From: an uncultured Nitrospiraceae bacterium
GTDB lineage: Bacteria > Nitrospirota > Nitrospiria > Nitrospirales > Nitrospiraceae
NCBI GenBank assembly: GCA_963706325.1
Contig: CAVPLT010000007.1
Span: forward strand, 800,001 to 864,000
DNA: 64,000 nt
Reading direction: 5' to 3'
Positions 39,530 through 49,291 of the stretch are shown here, in pieces. The position numbers were made by a program, and so were the translations under genes. The stretch's first letter is position 1; every line of letters begins with the position of its first letter. The notes beneath the pieces were generated by a model, which saw only the letters and a program-made list of their open reading frames with translations, was not told the DNA's origin and searched no databases.

Positions 39530-39540
39530 GGGATGTTTTT
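39521..39540 (+). terminator. Short terminator-like hairpin
   Basis: GCATCC-TGCG-GGATGT followed by TTTT; stem is short. Confidence 0.3.
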
Positions 39541-39583
39541 CTATTGTGCTACGCGTGCGTACCACCTTTGAAAGGAGATGACG

Positions 39584-40912
39584 ATGGCAAGTGAGAGGTC
39601 AACCGGTTCCTCGCAGCAGGCCGGCGGAACGGGTGCGTCCGACCGCCTCACGCGTGCCGAGCCAGCCGGAATGGTCAGCGGCCATTTCAGCCACTGCCAG
39701 AATTGCGGACACCGGCCCCTCATCCCGATCATGGATTTCGGCCACCATCCACCCTGCGATTCATTGGTGCGTCCCGAACAGCTGACCAAGCCCGAGGCGT
39801 TCTATCCGTTGCATCTCTTTCGTTGCGACCGATGCGGCCTCGTACAGATCGACTATGCGGTCGATCCCGCGGAATTGTTCTATGAAGGGTATCCCTACAT
39901 GACCGGGATCACCGGCGCCCTCAAAAGCAATTTCGATGCGATGGCCGGAAAGGTCATAGAGACATTACGGATTCAGCCCGGGAGCCTCGTCATCGACATC
40001 GGCTCGAATGACGGCACGATTTTGCAGGGATTCAAAACGAGAGGGATGCGGGTGTTGGGCGTGGAGCCCACCGGGATTGCGAAGATCGCCAATTCGAGAG
40101 GGATCACGACCCTGCAGACATTTTTCAGCGAGAATGTCGCGCAGGACATTCTGAAGCAAGAGGGGCCAGCGTCGTTGATCACGGCGGCCAACGTGTTCGC
40201 GCACGTGGCAAATCTTGGACCTTGTCTCCGCGGAATCCATGCCCTGTTGGCGGACCACGGCACCTTCATTTCCGAATCGCACTACCTGCTCGATCTCATC
40301 GACACGCTGCAGTACGACACGATTTACCATGAACATCTGCGGTTTTATTCCATCAAACCCATGCAGGATATGATGAAGCGGTTCGGCTTCAGCGTGGTCG
40401 ATGTGGAACGCATCCCGAACCATGGAGGCTCTATCCGGGTGTATGCGGTGAAGGGAACCGAGGGCAAACCCAGTGAACGGATGCAAGAACTGCTGAAGCA
40501 GGAAGAGTCTTACGGGCTATACGATCCTGCACTCTATGTGACGTTTACGCAACGGGTCAGACAGTCGAAATGGAAACTCATGCAGATCCTGTCGGGCCTG
40601 AAGTTGAAGGGTCATCGGATCGCAGGCATCGGGTCCCCGGGCCGGTCCAGCACCGTGATGAACTATTGCGGCATCGGCCCGGACTATCTGGACTACACGG
40701 CCGAACAGTCGACTTCGCTCAAGGTGGGGTTGTTTACGCCCGGCACCCACGTGCCGGTGGTGGATGAGAAGAAACTCTTCGAGGATCAACCGGAGTACGC
40801 GCTCGTGTTAGCGTGGCATCTGGGAGAAACCATCCCCCGCAAATTGCGCAGCAAGGGATTGCGGTCGAAATTCATCATGCCGCTGCCCGAGCCTGTCATT
40901 CTGGACTGGTAG
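39584..40912 (+). CDS. NDP-sugar C-methyltransferase family (Zn-binding N-domain, SAM domain, C-methyltransferase C-domain)
   Basis: C..C and C..CGLVQ, IDIGSNDG, ANVFAH, YDTIYHEH, HGGSIR, GLFTPGTHVPV, LAW; SD AAAGGAG. Confidence 0.88.
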   Translation: MASERSTGSSQQAGGTGASDRLTRAEPAGMVSGHFSHCQNCGHRPLIPIMDFGHHPPCDSLVRPEQLTKPEAFYPLHLFRCDRCGLVQIDYAVDPAELFYEGYPYMTGITGALKSNFDAMAGKVIETLRIQPGSLVIDIGSNDGTILQGFKTRGMRVLGVEPTGIAKIANSRGITTLQTFFSENVAQDILKQEGPASLITAANVFAHVANLGPCLRGIHALLADHGTFISESHYLLDLIDTLQYDTIYHEHLRFYSIKPMQDMMKRFGFSVVDVERIPNHGGSIRVYAVKGTEGKPSERMQELLKQEESYGLYDPALYVTFTQRVRQSKWKLMQILSGLKLKGHRIAGIGSPGRSSTVMNYCGIGPDYLDYTAEQSTSLKVGLFTPGTHVPVVDEKKLFEDQPEYALVLAWHLGETIPRKLRSKGLRSKFIMPLPEPVILDW

Positions 40913-40932
40913 GCGGATCATCGCAGGGCCGC

Positions 40933-42048
40933 ATGATGACACTCACCCTCGGAATAGTCGGAACCGGGTTCGGCGCACGCGTGCATGCGCCGGCATTCCG
41001 AAGCATTCCGGCGGTCGAGGTGACAGCGATAGCCGGGCAGAATAGGCATAAGGCGGCGCAGGTTGCGCAGGCGCAGGGCATCCCGACGGTCCATGACTCC
41101 TGGGAGGCCCTGATCGACGACGAGAAGATCTCGGCCGTGGTCGTGGCGGTTCCGCCGTTGTTCCACCGCGACATGGTGATGCGGGCGCTCCGGGCACGCA
41201 AACACGTGCTCTGCGAAAAGCCGTTCGGTCTCGATGCCGATCAGGCCGCACAGATGCTCGATCTCTCGCGAGAGGCGGGAACTGTCTGCATGGTCGATTA
41301 CCTGTTTCGAATGGCGCCGGAACGGATGCGACTCAAGGAACTGCTCGACGTCGGGGCGATCGGTCGGATACTCCGCGTCACGGTCGAATGGACCGTGCGA
41401 GGCCGCGCCGCCGGGAACAGCGCCTGGTCGTGGCAATTCGACCCTTCCCGTGGTGGCGGTGTGTTGTTCGCGTTCGGCGCACATGTGGTGGATTACCTGC
41501 AATGGTTGGTCGGCTCGGTGCGAACCGTGGCCGTTCACCTGAGCACGAGAGGCGGACCGAGGGACAGTGTTCCAGGGGATCATCTCATTGCAGCGGATAC
41601 ATTGGATGCCATGCTGCTCCTGGATGACGATATCCCGGTTTCCATGACGATCTCCAATGCCACTCCCGGCGGCCGCGGGCATTGGCTGACGATTTATGGC
41701 GAGCGCGGAGCGCTGGCGGTCGGCAACCCCAATTTGGCCGACGCAGTGGTCGGGACTCGTCTCTATCAATCCGACATGGCCGGTGGAGAGTTGCGGGAAG
41801 TTCCGGTGAGATCAATGGCTGTTGAAGGCGTCGCCGATGGACGGACGGTGCTCGTCGGTCGAATCGCCGAAGCCTTTACCTCCGCTATCCGATCGGGAGT
41901 CTCAGCCGCTCCCTCCTTTGAAGATGGCTGGCGCGCCCAGATCGTTATGGACGCCATGCGACGGGCACATGAGCGGCACTGTTGGATGCCGGTGCGGTTT
42001 CCGGCCGGTCACGAGATGGCATGCAGTCATGCCCGACGCGTTCAATGA
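40933..42048 (+). CDS. Gfo/Idh/MocA oxidoreductase
   Basis: GIVGTGFG, HVLCEKP, GGGVL....H..D. Confidence 0.88.
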   Translation: MMTLTLGIVGTGFGARVHAPAFRSIPAVEVTAIAGQNRHKAAQVAQAQGIPTVHDSWEALIDDEKISAVVVAVPPLFHRDMVMRALRARKHVLCEKPFGLDADQAAQMLDLSREAGTVCMVDYLFRMAPERMRLKELLDVGAIGRILRVTVEWTVRGRAAGNSAWSWQFDPSRGGGVLFAFGAHVVDYLQWLVGSVRTVAVHLSTRGGPRDSVPGDHLIAADTLDAMLLLDDDIPVSMTISNATPGGRGHWLTIYGERGALAVGNPNLADAVVGTRLYQSDMAGGELREVPVRSMAVEGVADGRTVLVGRIAEAFTSAIRSGVSAAPSFEDGWRAQIVMDAMRRAHERHCWMPVRFPAGHEMACSHARRVQ

Positions 42049-43370
42049 AGATTTTCGTCTTGCTATCCAATGCGCCCGATCCCGCCGGTGAGGCCATCGA
42101 GGTGGTCGGTCATGAAGTGGTCGAGAAAGCCCAGCGGCTTGGACATTCGGTCTTTCTTCAGGTTATCTTCCGCGATCCCCGCGGAAGCCCTGCAGCCGGG
42201 CAGGCCGAACAAGCCCTCCGACGGATGGCGCTTCCGGATGTGGTCGTCTATCCGATGCTCTATGTCGAAGATGTGGTGGACCCATCGCCGAAGAGAGGCG
42301 CGGCGGCGCGACTCAGGCATCTGTTGACCGTCTTCACGCTGCGTCGCATGTTTCCTGCGTCAGGTCTCGGGGCGATGGTCGAGCGTCGCGCGCGCGAGGC
42401 AGCCGTGGACGCCATGCTGAGCGTCTGGAGTTGGGAGGCCTTGGCAGCCAGCTATCACATCCAGGGCATTCCGAAGTTCGTGTATTACGGGAATCCGGAT
42501 CACCTGCCGGCCCAGGCGCGATTCCGCCATCCGGAGTTATTCGGCATCCCGACAGTCACGACCGCGGACCATCTATGGCTGTGGTTTGAGAAGTTGCGCA
42601 ATGAGAGACGAAAGCGGTTCAATATCAGGATGATGAATGCCTGCGAGGTCACGGCGAATAATTCCGTTCTGGACGCGGAGTTTTATCGCGCTCATGGACA
42701 CCCACATTCGATCTATTTGCAAAACATGTGGCCCCGCGTCAAGCTCGCGTCGCAGAGCACCTCGACGGCAGAATCGCAGGCGCACCCCATTAAAATCATC
42801 GGCAGCGTGGGCAATCTCGGAGCAACCGGTAACACATTCGCCCTGGCATACCTGGGACGGGAAATTCTGCCTCGGCTGGAGGTTCGATTCAACGATCGTC
42901 CGTTTGAAATCCATTTGCTGGGGAAGGGGACGCCGGCCACTTCCGTTGCCGCTTCCCTGAAAGATGCGCGCATTAAGATTCGAGGGTGGGTGGACGACAT
43001 CCATGAGGAGTTCCGGGCGGCGGCGGCCTTTCTGGTGTTGACGAACGTGAACGCGGACTTTCTCGTCGGGAACACGAGGATTCTCCTCGCCTGGGCTCTC
43101 GGAACCTGCGTCATCATGCACGAGAACAGTCGGTTGGCGATGCCTGAGATCGAGCACGGGGTCAATGCGTTACTAGGCCGCACCCCTGACGAACTGGTGG
43201 AGCGGATCGTTGCCGCAACGGAGGACGCGGCGCTTCGTCGGCGGATCGGTCGGGGCGGCGAACAGACATTCGACCGCTATTATCGATCTGACACAGTCGT
43301 TCCCAGAATGTTTGAACTGGTTCAGGAAATGGTCGACCGTAGCGGAACGACCCGCGGTCTGCCGGCTTAA
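42045..43370 (+). CDS. Divergent GT-B glycosyltransferase
   Basis: C-terminal GWVDDI, TRILLAWALG, HGVNALL, LRRRIG.GG resembles the GT4 nucleotide-binding domain. Confidence 0.65.
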   Translation: MKIFVLLSNAPDPAGEAIEVVGHEVVEKAQRLGHSVFLQVIFRDPRGSPAAGQAEQALRRMALPDVVVYPMLYVEDVVDPSPKRGAAARLRHLLTVFTLRRMFPASGLGAMVERRAREAAVDAMLSVWSWEALAASYHIQGIPKFVYYGNPDHLPAQARFRHPELFGIPTVTTADHLWLWFEKLRNERRKRFNIRMMNACEVTANNSVLDAEFYRAHGHPHSIYLQNMWPRVKLASQSTSTAESQAHPIKIIGSVGNLGATGNTFALAYLGREILPRLEVRFNDRPFEIHLLGKGTPATSVAASLKDARIKIRGWVDDIHEEFRAAAAFLVLTNVNADFLVGNTRILLAWALGTCVIMHENSRLAMPEIEHGVNALLGRTPDELVERIVAATEDAALRRRIGRGGEQTFDRYYRSDTVVPRMFELVQEMVDRSGTTRGLPA

Positions 43371-43379
43371 TTAGTCACC

Positions 43380-44183
43380 GTGTCGGAGAAAGAGGAGACC
43401 GTGAAGAAAGCCATTGCATCTCGAATCGGAGAAGGTCTTGTCACACTGTTGCCGGACTTCGTCTGTACCGCCTTTGCCAAACGACTGGCCGAGCACAATC
43501 CACAACTCCTGCTGGAGGCACTTGGACCGAAATTGAACCGGACTCCATCGCTGGATTCGATGCCGTTCGACCTTTCCCCGTCCGGGCCGCTGCAATTCGA
43601 AGATCTCGCCGGGTTGTTCGCCAGCACGTCACTCGATCACGGTGTCATTGCCATGACCGTTCGGCAAACCGCCTATCTGTTTGGACTGGTCCGCCGACTG
43701 AAGCCCCGCAAGGTCATTGAAATCGGTCGATACAAGGGAGGGTCCAGCCTCACGATTGCCGCCGCCATGAATGGTCAGGGAGAGTTCTGGTCGATCGATC
43801 TCGGAGAAAAAGAAGCCCGACTCCACCAGCGTGGCACCAATCGGACGTTTGACGACGAGATTCGCGATATCTGCGCACGGTTTGGTCTCTCAGTCACACT
43901 GTTGGTCGGGGATTCACGCACGATTGAGGTCGAGACCGGCGAAGTCGATCTTGTCTTTATCGACGGCGATCACAGCTATGAGGGCGTGAAAAGTGATTTC
44001 GAACGATTTGGTCGACGCGTGAAAGTCGGCGGCGCTGTCTTATTCGATGATGCCTGCGATGAAGCGGTCTTTCACACCCATTCGGAATCGGTCGGGAAGC
44101 TGCTGCAAGAAATCGTGGCGGAACAATCGTTCCGTTTGGTCAAATCGGTGAATCGGTTAGCCCACATCGAACGGGTTCGTTAG
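43380..44183 (+). CDS. Class I SAM methyltransferase (Methyltransf_24-like)
   Basis: VIEIGRYKGGS, GDS, DLVFIDGDHSYEGV..D, GGAVLFDD. Confidence 0.88.
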   Translation: MSEKEETVKKAIASRIGEGLVTLLPDFVCTAFAKRLAEHNPQLLLEALGPKLNRTPSLDSMPFDLSPSGPLQFEDLAGLFASTSLDHGVIAMTVRQTAYLFGLVRRLKPRKVIEIGRYKGGSSLTIAAAMNGQGEFWSIDLGEKEARLHQRGTNRTFDDEIRDICARFGLSVTLLVGDSRTIEVETGEVDLVFIDGDHSYEGVKSDFERFGRRVKVGGAVLFDDACDEAVFHTHSESVGKLLQEIVAEQSFRLVKSVNRLAHIERVR

Positions 44184-44193
44184 GAGGCACGTC

Positions 44194-45321
44194 GTGCTGG
44201 TCGGCATTTTCGGGGCAGGTCGCAATGGGTCGTCGCTGTTAATGCGGCTGCTGGATGGTAGTCCTGGCCTCTGGATCTATCCCATCGAGTTGAACTACCT
44301 GCGCGCGTTTGCCCCGCGTACTGTTAAAGGAACCGTCAAACGCCTGCTCTCCGCCTGCGCATCGACACTTCCCGGCCATACAGGGGATACGATCAAGAGT
44401 CGGCAGCGACGACTTGTCCAGGACTGGGCGGCTGAGCAGCTCCGGGAGTTGAAGGCCACATATCTGGATAAGCTCGTTCAGCCCATCTCGGTGAGCGGAA
44501 ACCCACGGGACACAATTACGGCAGGGGTGACGGATAACGTCGTCGGCAATCTCGAGTACTACCTGGACGCGATCCGATCTTATTACGATACGCGACGACT
44601 CCCGGCGACACCGCTGTTGATGTTCAAATCGATCGAAGTCTCGGATCTGTCTCGGTACGAGCAAATGTTTCCCACTATGAAGTGTATTCACATCATGCGG
44701 CATCCCTATTCCAATTATAGTTCGCTCAAACGAACAGACATGGTGTTGAAGCAGAAACCGTTCTGGTTTCAGGGCGGCGACATACTGAGGCTTCAGTTGG
44801 AGTCCCGTTGGATTCCGCACGCGGAGTATACGATGCAAGCCCTTGAGACAGATCCGGCCCGGCATTATCTTGTGAAGTACGAGGACCTCTGCGATTCGCC
44901 GTCACGTACGGTGACGGACATCTGTGCCTGGTTGGGCGTCGCGCCGCCGGAGGAGCCGACCATTCAGACGGTCCTGGGCGGCAGGCATATCAAGTCCCTC
45001 CCCATTAACTCCAGCTTGAAGGGGGTCGATACCCCGGCGCAGGTGGTGTCCGATATGGCCAAGGAATATGGATATGACGATATTCTGACGGCGCGCGAGC
45101 GGAAGCTGATTTTGCTCCGCACCTATAAGCTGGGTCGTCGGATCGGATATTTTTCAGCGCAGGATGAGGCAGAGGTGCCGGCCAGATTACCGCTGTTGCG
45201 GGAGTGGCTGGCACCGGATCAATGGGAATATATGAATGCGTCGTCACGGTTGCGTTTGATTCGCGCGCTGATCCAGCGCCGGTTGTACCTTTGTCGGGTC
45301 CTGCTCTCGCCACTCGGGTAA
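44194..45321 (+). CDS. PAPS-dependent sulfotransferase family protein
   Basis: 5'-PSB-like GAGRNGSSLLMRLLD, 3'-PB-like IHIMRHP....SS, VKYEDL...P.....IC.WLG; SD AGGAGG. Confidence 0.8.
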   Translation: MLVGIFGAGRNGSSLLMRLLDGSPGLWIYPIELNYLRAFAPRTVKGTVKRLLSACASTLPGHTGDTIKSRQRRLVQDWAAEQLRELKATYLDKLVQPISVSGNPRDTITAGVTDNVVGNLEYYLDAIRSYYDTRRLPATPLLMFKSIEVSDLSRYEQMFPTMKCIHIMRHPYSNYSSLKRTDMVLKQKPFWFQGGDILRLQLESRWIPHAEYTMQALETDPARHYLVKYEDLCDSPSRTVTDICAWLGVAPPEEPTIQTVLGGRHIKSLPINSSLKGVDTPAQVVSDMAKEYGYDDILTARERKLILLRTYKLGRRIGYFSAQDEAEVPARLPLLREWLAPDQWEYMNASSRLRLIRALIQRRLYLCRVLLSPLG

Positions 45322-45351
45322 CGGCACTCGCTCCATGGTGGTTGAGTCAAG

Positions 45352-46397
45352 ATGAAGTTTTCAGACCGGGACAAGACGATGTTTCAGACGGTCTTCACGC
45401 CGTCCGCCGACGAGGCGCGGACGGTACTCGACTATGTTCGGTATCTGTGGGATGAGCGTATCGGGGAACAGCTCGCCGAGCATCCGCTGTATCGGCCGTC
45501 TGCGCTGTGGAAACACTGGGCCGGACAGACGTTCACGGGATTGTCCCTGGAGAAAATCCTTCTGCAGGCAGGCCATGCCTTCCCGTCCTCGGTCGAGGTC
45601 GGCGGTACAGATACCGGCGAGAGGAAGGCGTCGCGTTGGCGGCGCTGTATCGGGGCCTTGCTCGGCGGGGGAGGGAACGACCGTATCCGGCAGGGTCGTG
45701 ATACTGAGCAGTTACAGAAACGGTTCAGGCGGTTCCACCCGCAGGTGGCCGTCCGCCCGGAACATGAACGCTGGTACGCATGGCATCCGAATCCGTATTT
45801 CCGCTGCTTGGAAGCCTATGTGCTGGGAAATAAACATCCCCTTCCTGAACACATGCTGGAAATCGGAGCAGGAGCCTGCGTCAATGTGGCCTTCTATCGA
45901 AGCCTCAACCCAGTGATGCGCACAACCGTCATCGACCTGCCGGAGACGATCATCTTCGGCTATTGCTTTCTGAAAAGCGTCTTCCCCGATATCCGGATTC
46001 GACTACCACATGAGGTGGATCAGGACCATTCCGGCCGTACGCCGATGTGCAATTTCTCCTGCCGACGCAGGTCAATCTGGTTCCGGACCGTAGCGTGGAT
46101 TTTTGTTTCAACATGTCCTCCTTTCAAGAAATGACGATCGAAACCGTGAATCACTACCTCCGCTTCATGTCGCAGAAGCTCAAATCGGGCGGGACGTTGC
46201 TGTCCGTGAACCAGGAGTCCTCCCGCTATTTGGAGGGAAATGCGTTGAAGAATTATGACTTTGCCTTGTACCATGCGACACCAAACCGGAAACCGGCGCA
46301 TTTCGGGACGGACCTGGTGGGGCATATTCAGGGTTTGAGCATCGTACATGCGGAAGTGGAGAATCATCCGAGGTACGAGGGGGCTGCGCATCCGTAA
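45352..46397 (+). pseudogene. Putative sugar O-methyltransferase, frameshifted between 46014 and 46046
   Basis: LEIGAG, VIDLPET in ORF1; FLLP.Q, D.CFNMSSFQEM....VNHY, LLSVN in ORF2, whose TAA overlaps the neuA ATG. Confidence 0.75.
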
Positions 46398-47089
46398 TGC
46401 ATGCATTGGCCGTCATCCCGGCGAGAGGAGGATCGAAATCGATCCCGCTGAAAAATATCCGGCCACTGAACGGGACGCCCCTATTGGCCTTTACGATCGA
46501 GGCGGTAAAGCACTCGAAGTATCTCGATCGCTGCGTGGTCTCGACCGACTATCCTGAGGTCGCCAAAGTGGCGCGGGACTATGGAGCCGAGGTCATCGAT
46601 CGGCCCGCAGACCTGGCCACCGACCAGGCGCCGACCGAATGGGCGTTGTTGCACGTGTTGGAAATTTTGGGCCGGGAAGGCTATCGGCCCGACTATATCG
46701 TGACCCTGGAGCCCACCTCGCCGTTCAGAACGACGGCCTTGATCGATCGGTGCATCGAAGCGGCGATACAACATCAGGACGTGGATTGCGTGATGACGGT
46801 CACGGAAACCCGCAAGGGCTACGGGCGGCTGGAAAATGGCCGGTTCGAGTATCTGTTTCCTGATCAGCCGCGCCGGCGGCAGGAGCGCCGACCATTGTAC
46901 GAGGAAAGCAGCACGGTCTATGTGACGAAAACCAGCGCATTGGAGCGCGATCGGTCGGTCCTGGGCCGGACCAGGTATGGTCTGGTCGTGGAGGACCCTC
47001 GCGAGGCCATCGATATCAACGAACCCTTCGACTTCATCGTGGCGGAAGCGGTGCTGGCGCAGCGCCTTGTGGAGGAACAGCATGGCTGA
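46397..47089 (+). CDS. neuA: CMP-nonulosonate synthetase (acylneuraminate cytidylyltransferase)
   Basis: IPARGGSKSIPLKN, VSTD, RP..LA.D, L.PTSPFR, IDIN...DF. Confidence 0.92.
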   Translation: MHALAVIPARGGSKSIPLKNIRPLNGTPLLAFTIEAVKHSKYLDRCVVSTDYPEVAKVARDYGAEVIDRPADLATDQAPTEWALLHVLEILGREGYRPDYIVTLEPTSPFRTTALIDRCIEAAIQHQDVDCVMTVTETRKGYGRLENGRFEYLFPDQPRRRQERRPLYEESSTVYVTKTSALERDRSVLGRTRYGLVVEDPREAIDINEPFDFIVAEAVLAQRLVEEQHG

Positions 47090-48128
47090 AATCGCATCCA
47101 TTCCAATCGGTCCCTATCGCATCGGACCGGACCATTCCCCGTTGGTGATTGCCGAGGCGGCAGTGAATCACCAAGGCGATTTCGCGACGGCTAAGCGCAT
47201 GGTCTATATAGCCCATGCTATGGGGGCGCATATCATCAAGTTCCAGATTCACGTCTTGGACAATGAGATGCTCCGGGACACACCGCAATCCGCCAATTTC
47301 GCCGAGCCCCTTTATGTGACCTTGGATAAGACGAACCTTTCCATCGATCAGCACCGTGAACTCAAGCAGCTCTGCGAGTCGTTGGGCATTCTCTATCTCT
47401 GCACGCCGTTCAGCCGGGTGGGGGCGGATATCCTCGAAGAGCTCGGGGTGGCGGCTTATAAGACTGGGTCCGGTGAGTTAACCAACCTCCCGCTCATCGA
47501 ACACATCGCCCGGAAGCGGAAACCCATGATCGTCTCAACCGGCATGTGCACGATTGAGGAGGTAGGGGAAACCGTTGCGTTATTGAAAAAGTTGAACACT
47601 CCGTTCGCCTTGACCCATTGCGTATCCGCCTATCCGACTCCGTATGATCGCGTGAATCTCGGCATGATCGGAAAATATCGCGAGCTCTTTTCCGTTCCCG
47701 TCGGTTTGTCGGACCATTCACGGGGGATCTATACGGCGATCGGAGCCGTGGCGCTCGGGGCTTGTGTCGTGGAGAAACACTTTACGCTGGACCGCCAACA
47801 GCCTGGCCCCGACCATCCGGTGTCGATCGAGCCGGATGAGTTGAGAGAGTTGGTCACCGGGGTGGATGCCGTGTTTCGAGCCAGCGGGGCCGATCGTGAG
47901 ATTTTCCCGGAAGAGCAAGAGATCGTGGCCTGGGCGCGTGAAAGCGTTGTATCGGAAGTGCCGATTCCACGCGGAAGTGTCATCACGAAGGAGATGGTCT
48001 GGGTGAAACGTCCGAGTCCCGGCCCCGGTGTCGTCGCGGCAAAAGACCTGGGAAAGGTGATCGGCAAGGTGGCGCAGGTCGATATACCGAAGGATTGCCA
48101 GATTCGCTGGGAGCAGTTGAACGGATGA
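47082..48128 (+). CDS. neuB: Nonulosonic acid (N-acetylneuraminate-type) synthase
   Basis: IAEAAVNHQG, IKFQ, TPFS, K.GSGE, STGM, HCVSAYP, GLSDH, EKHFTL, C-terminal SAF/AFP-like domain. Confidence 0.93.
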   Translation: MAEIASIPIGPYRIGPDHSPLVIAEAAVNHQGDFATAKRMVYIAHAMGAHIIKFQIHVLDNEMLRDTPQSANFAEPLYVTLDKTNLSIDQHRELKQLCESLGILYLCTPFSRVGADILEELGVAAYKTGSGELTNLPLIEHIARKRKPMIVSTGMCTIEEVGETVALLKKLNTPFALTHCVSAYPTPYDRVNLGMIGKYRELFSVPVGLSDHSRGIYTAIGAVALGACVVEKHFTLDRQQPGPDHPVSIEPDELRELVTGVDAVFRASGADREIFPEEQEIVAWARESVVSEVPIPRGSVITKEMVWVKRPSPGPGVVAAKDLGKVIGKVAQVDIPKDCQIRWEQLNG

Positions 48129-49276
48129 AACCGCGCAAGATCGCCGTCGTCTCCGAAGCCAGGGCTACGTATGGGTACATCAAGAATGTGATGCACCTGA
48201 TCGAGCGGTCCGAACAGCTGGAGCTCCAGCTCATCGTCACCGGCATGCATCTGTTGAAAGAATACGGGTCGTCGATCGATGAGATTCTGCGGGACGGATT
48301 CAAACCGGCGGCGCGCGTGGATATGTATGTGGGCGGCGATACGCCGACGGCTTGGTCGAAATCGCTCGGGGTTGAAATCCAGGGGCTGGCGCAGGTTTTC
48401 GACATGTTGAAGCCCGATCTCCTGCTGGTTGCGGGGGACCGCGCCGAGATCCTCGCCGCGACCGTGACGGCCGCCTATATGAATATCCCCGTTGCTCATA
48501 TCCAATCCGGCGACCTCTCCGGCCATATCGACGGCTCCGCCCGCCACGCCATCACGAAGCTGGCGCACATCCATCTGCCGGCTTGTGAAGACTCCGCTGA
48601 ACGGGTGCGAAAAATGGGCGAGGAGTCCTGGCGTATTTTTAACGTCGGCGCGCCTCAACTGGACGATGTCGTGCACGGCAAGAAACTGGCGCGTCCGGAG
48701 TTGTCCAGGATGTTTGGGGTGGATTTCGATCAGCCGGTTTTGCTGATCATTCAGCATGCCGTGCTGGCGGAAGTGCATTTGGCCAAGAAACAAATGGAAG
48801 AGACCCTGGCTGCGGTGAAGGATAGCAGGCATCCAGCATTGGTGATCTACCCCAATGTGGATGCGGCGGGACAGGAGATCATCAGTGTCATCCGGCAATA
48901 TGAGCAGGTTCCGACGATCAAGACATTCAAGAATGTGGAGCGCGATGTATTTTTGAGCTTGCTGACCGCGGTTTCTGTTTTGATCGGGAACTCCAGCGTC
49001 GGCATTCTGGAAGCGCCGTCATTTAAGCTGCCGGCGCTGGATATCGGCAGTCGGCAAACCGGCCGTATGCGAGCTTGTAATGTGATCACGGTTCCGCAAT
49101 TTGACCGCCGCCAGATCGGGCAGGCGATCGAACAGGCACTTCATGACAACCGGTTCAGGACGATGCTGAAGACCTGCGAGAATCCCTATGGTGATGGCAA
49201 CAGTTCGGAAAGGATCTGCCGGGTTCTGGAAGAGGTCGATCTCGGCAAGCTCCTCAATAAACAGATGACCTATTAG
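48125..49276 (+). CDS. neuC: Hydrolysing UDP-GlcNAc 2-epimerase
   Basis: RA.YG, TGMHL, GDR.E, H..SGD.SG.ID...RHAITK..H.H, YPN.D, GNSS.GI.EA, IGSRQ.GR, PYGDG. Confidence 0.92.
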   Translation: MKPRKIAVVSEARATYGYIKNVMHLIERSEQLELQLIVTGMHLLKEYGSSIDEILRDGFKPAARVDMYVGGDTPTAWSKSLGVEIQGLAQVFDMLKPDLLLVAGDRAEILAATVTAAYMNIPVAHIQSGDLSGHIDGSARHAITKLAHIHLPACEDSAERVRKMGEESWRIFNVGAPQLDDVVHGKKLARPELSRMFGVDFDQPVLLIIQHAVLAEVHLAKKQMEETLAAVKDSRHPALVIYPNVDAAGQEIISVIRQYEQVPTIKTFKNVERDVFLSLLTAVSVLIGNSSVGILEAPSFKLPALDIGSRQTGRMRACNVITVPQFDRRQIGQAIEQALHDNRFRTMLKTCENPYGDGNSSERICRVLEEVDLGKLLNKQMTY

Positions 49277-49291
49277 AGGGACAGAGCTTTT

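Noticed and set aside
9001..48898. Long minus-strand ORFs (9001-9903, 11509-12633, 26570-27370, 35985-37130, 47729-48898)
   Set aside because: Each lies antisense to well-supported + strand genes and has no recognisable motifs; typical shadow ORFs of GC-rich DNA
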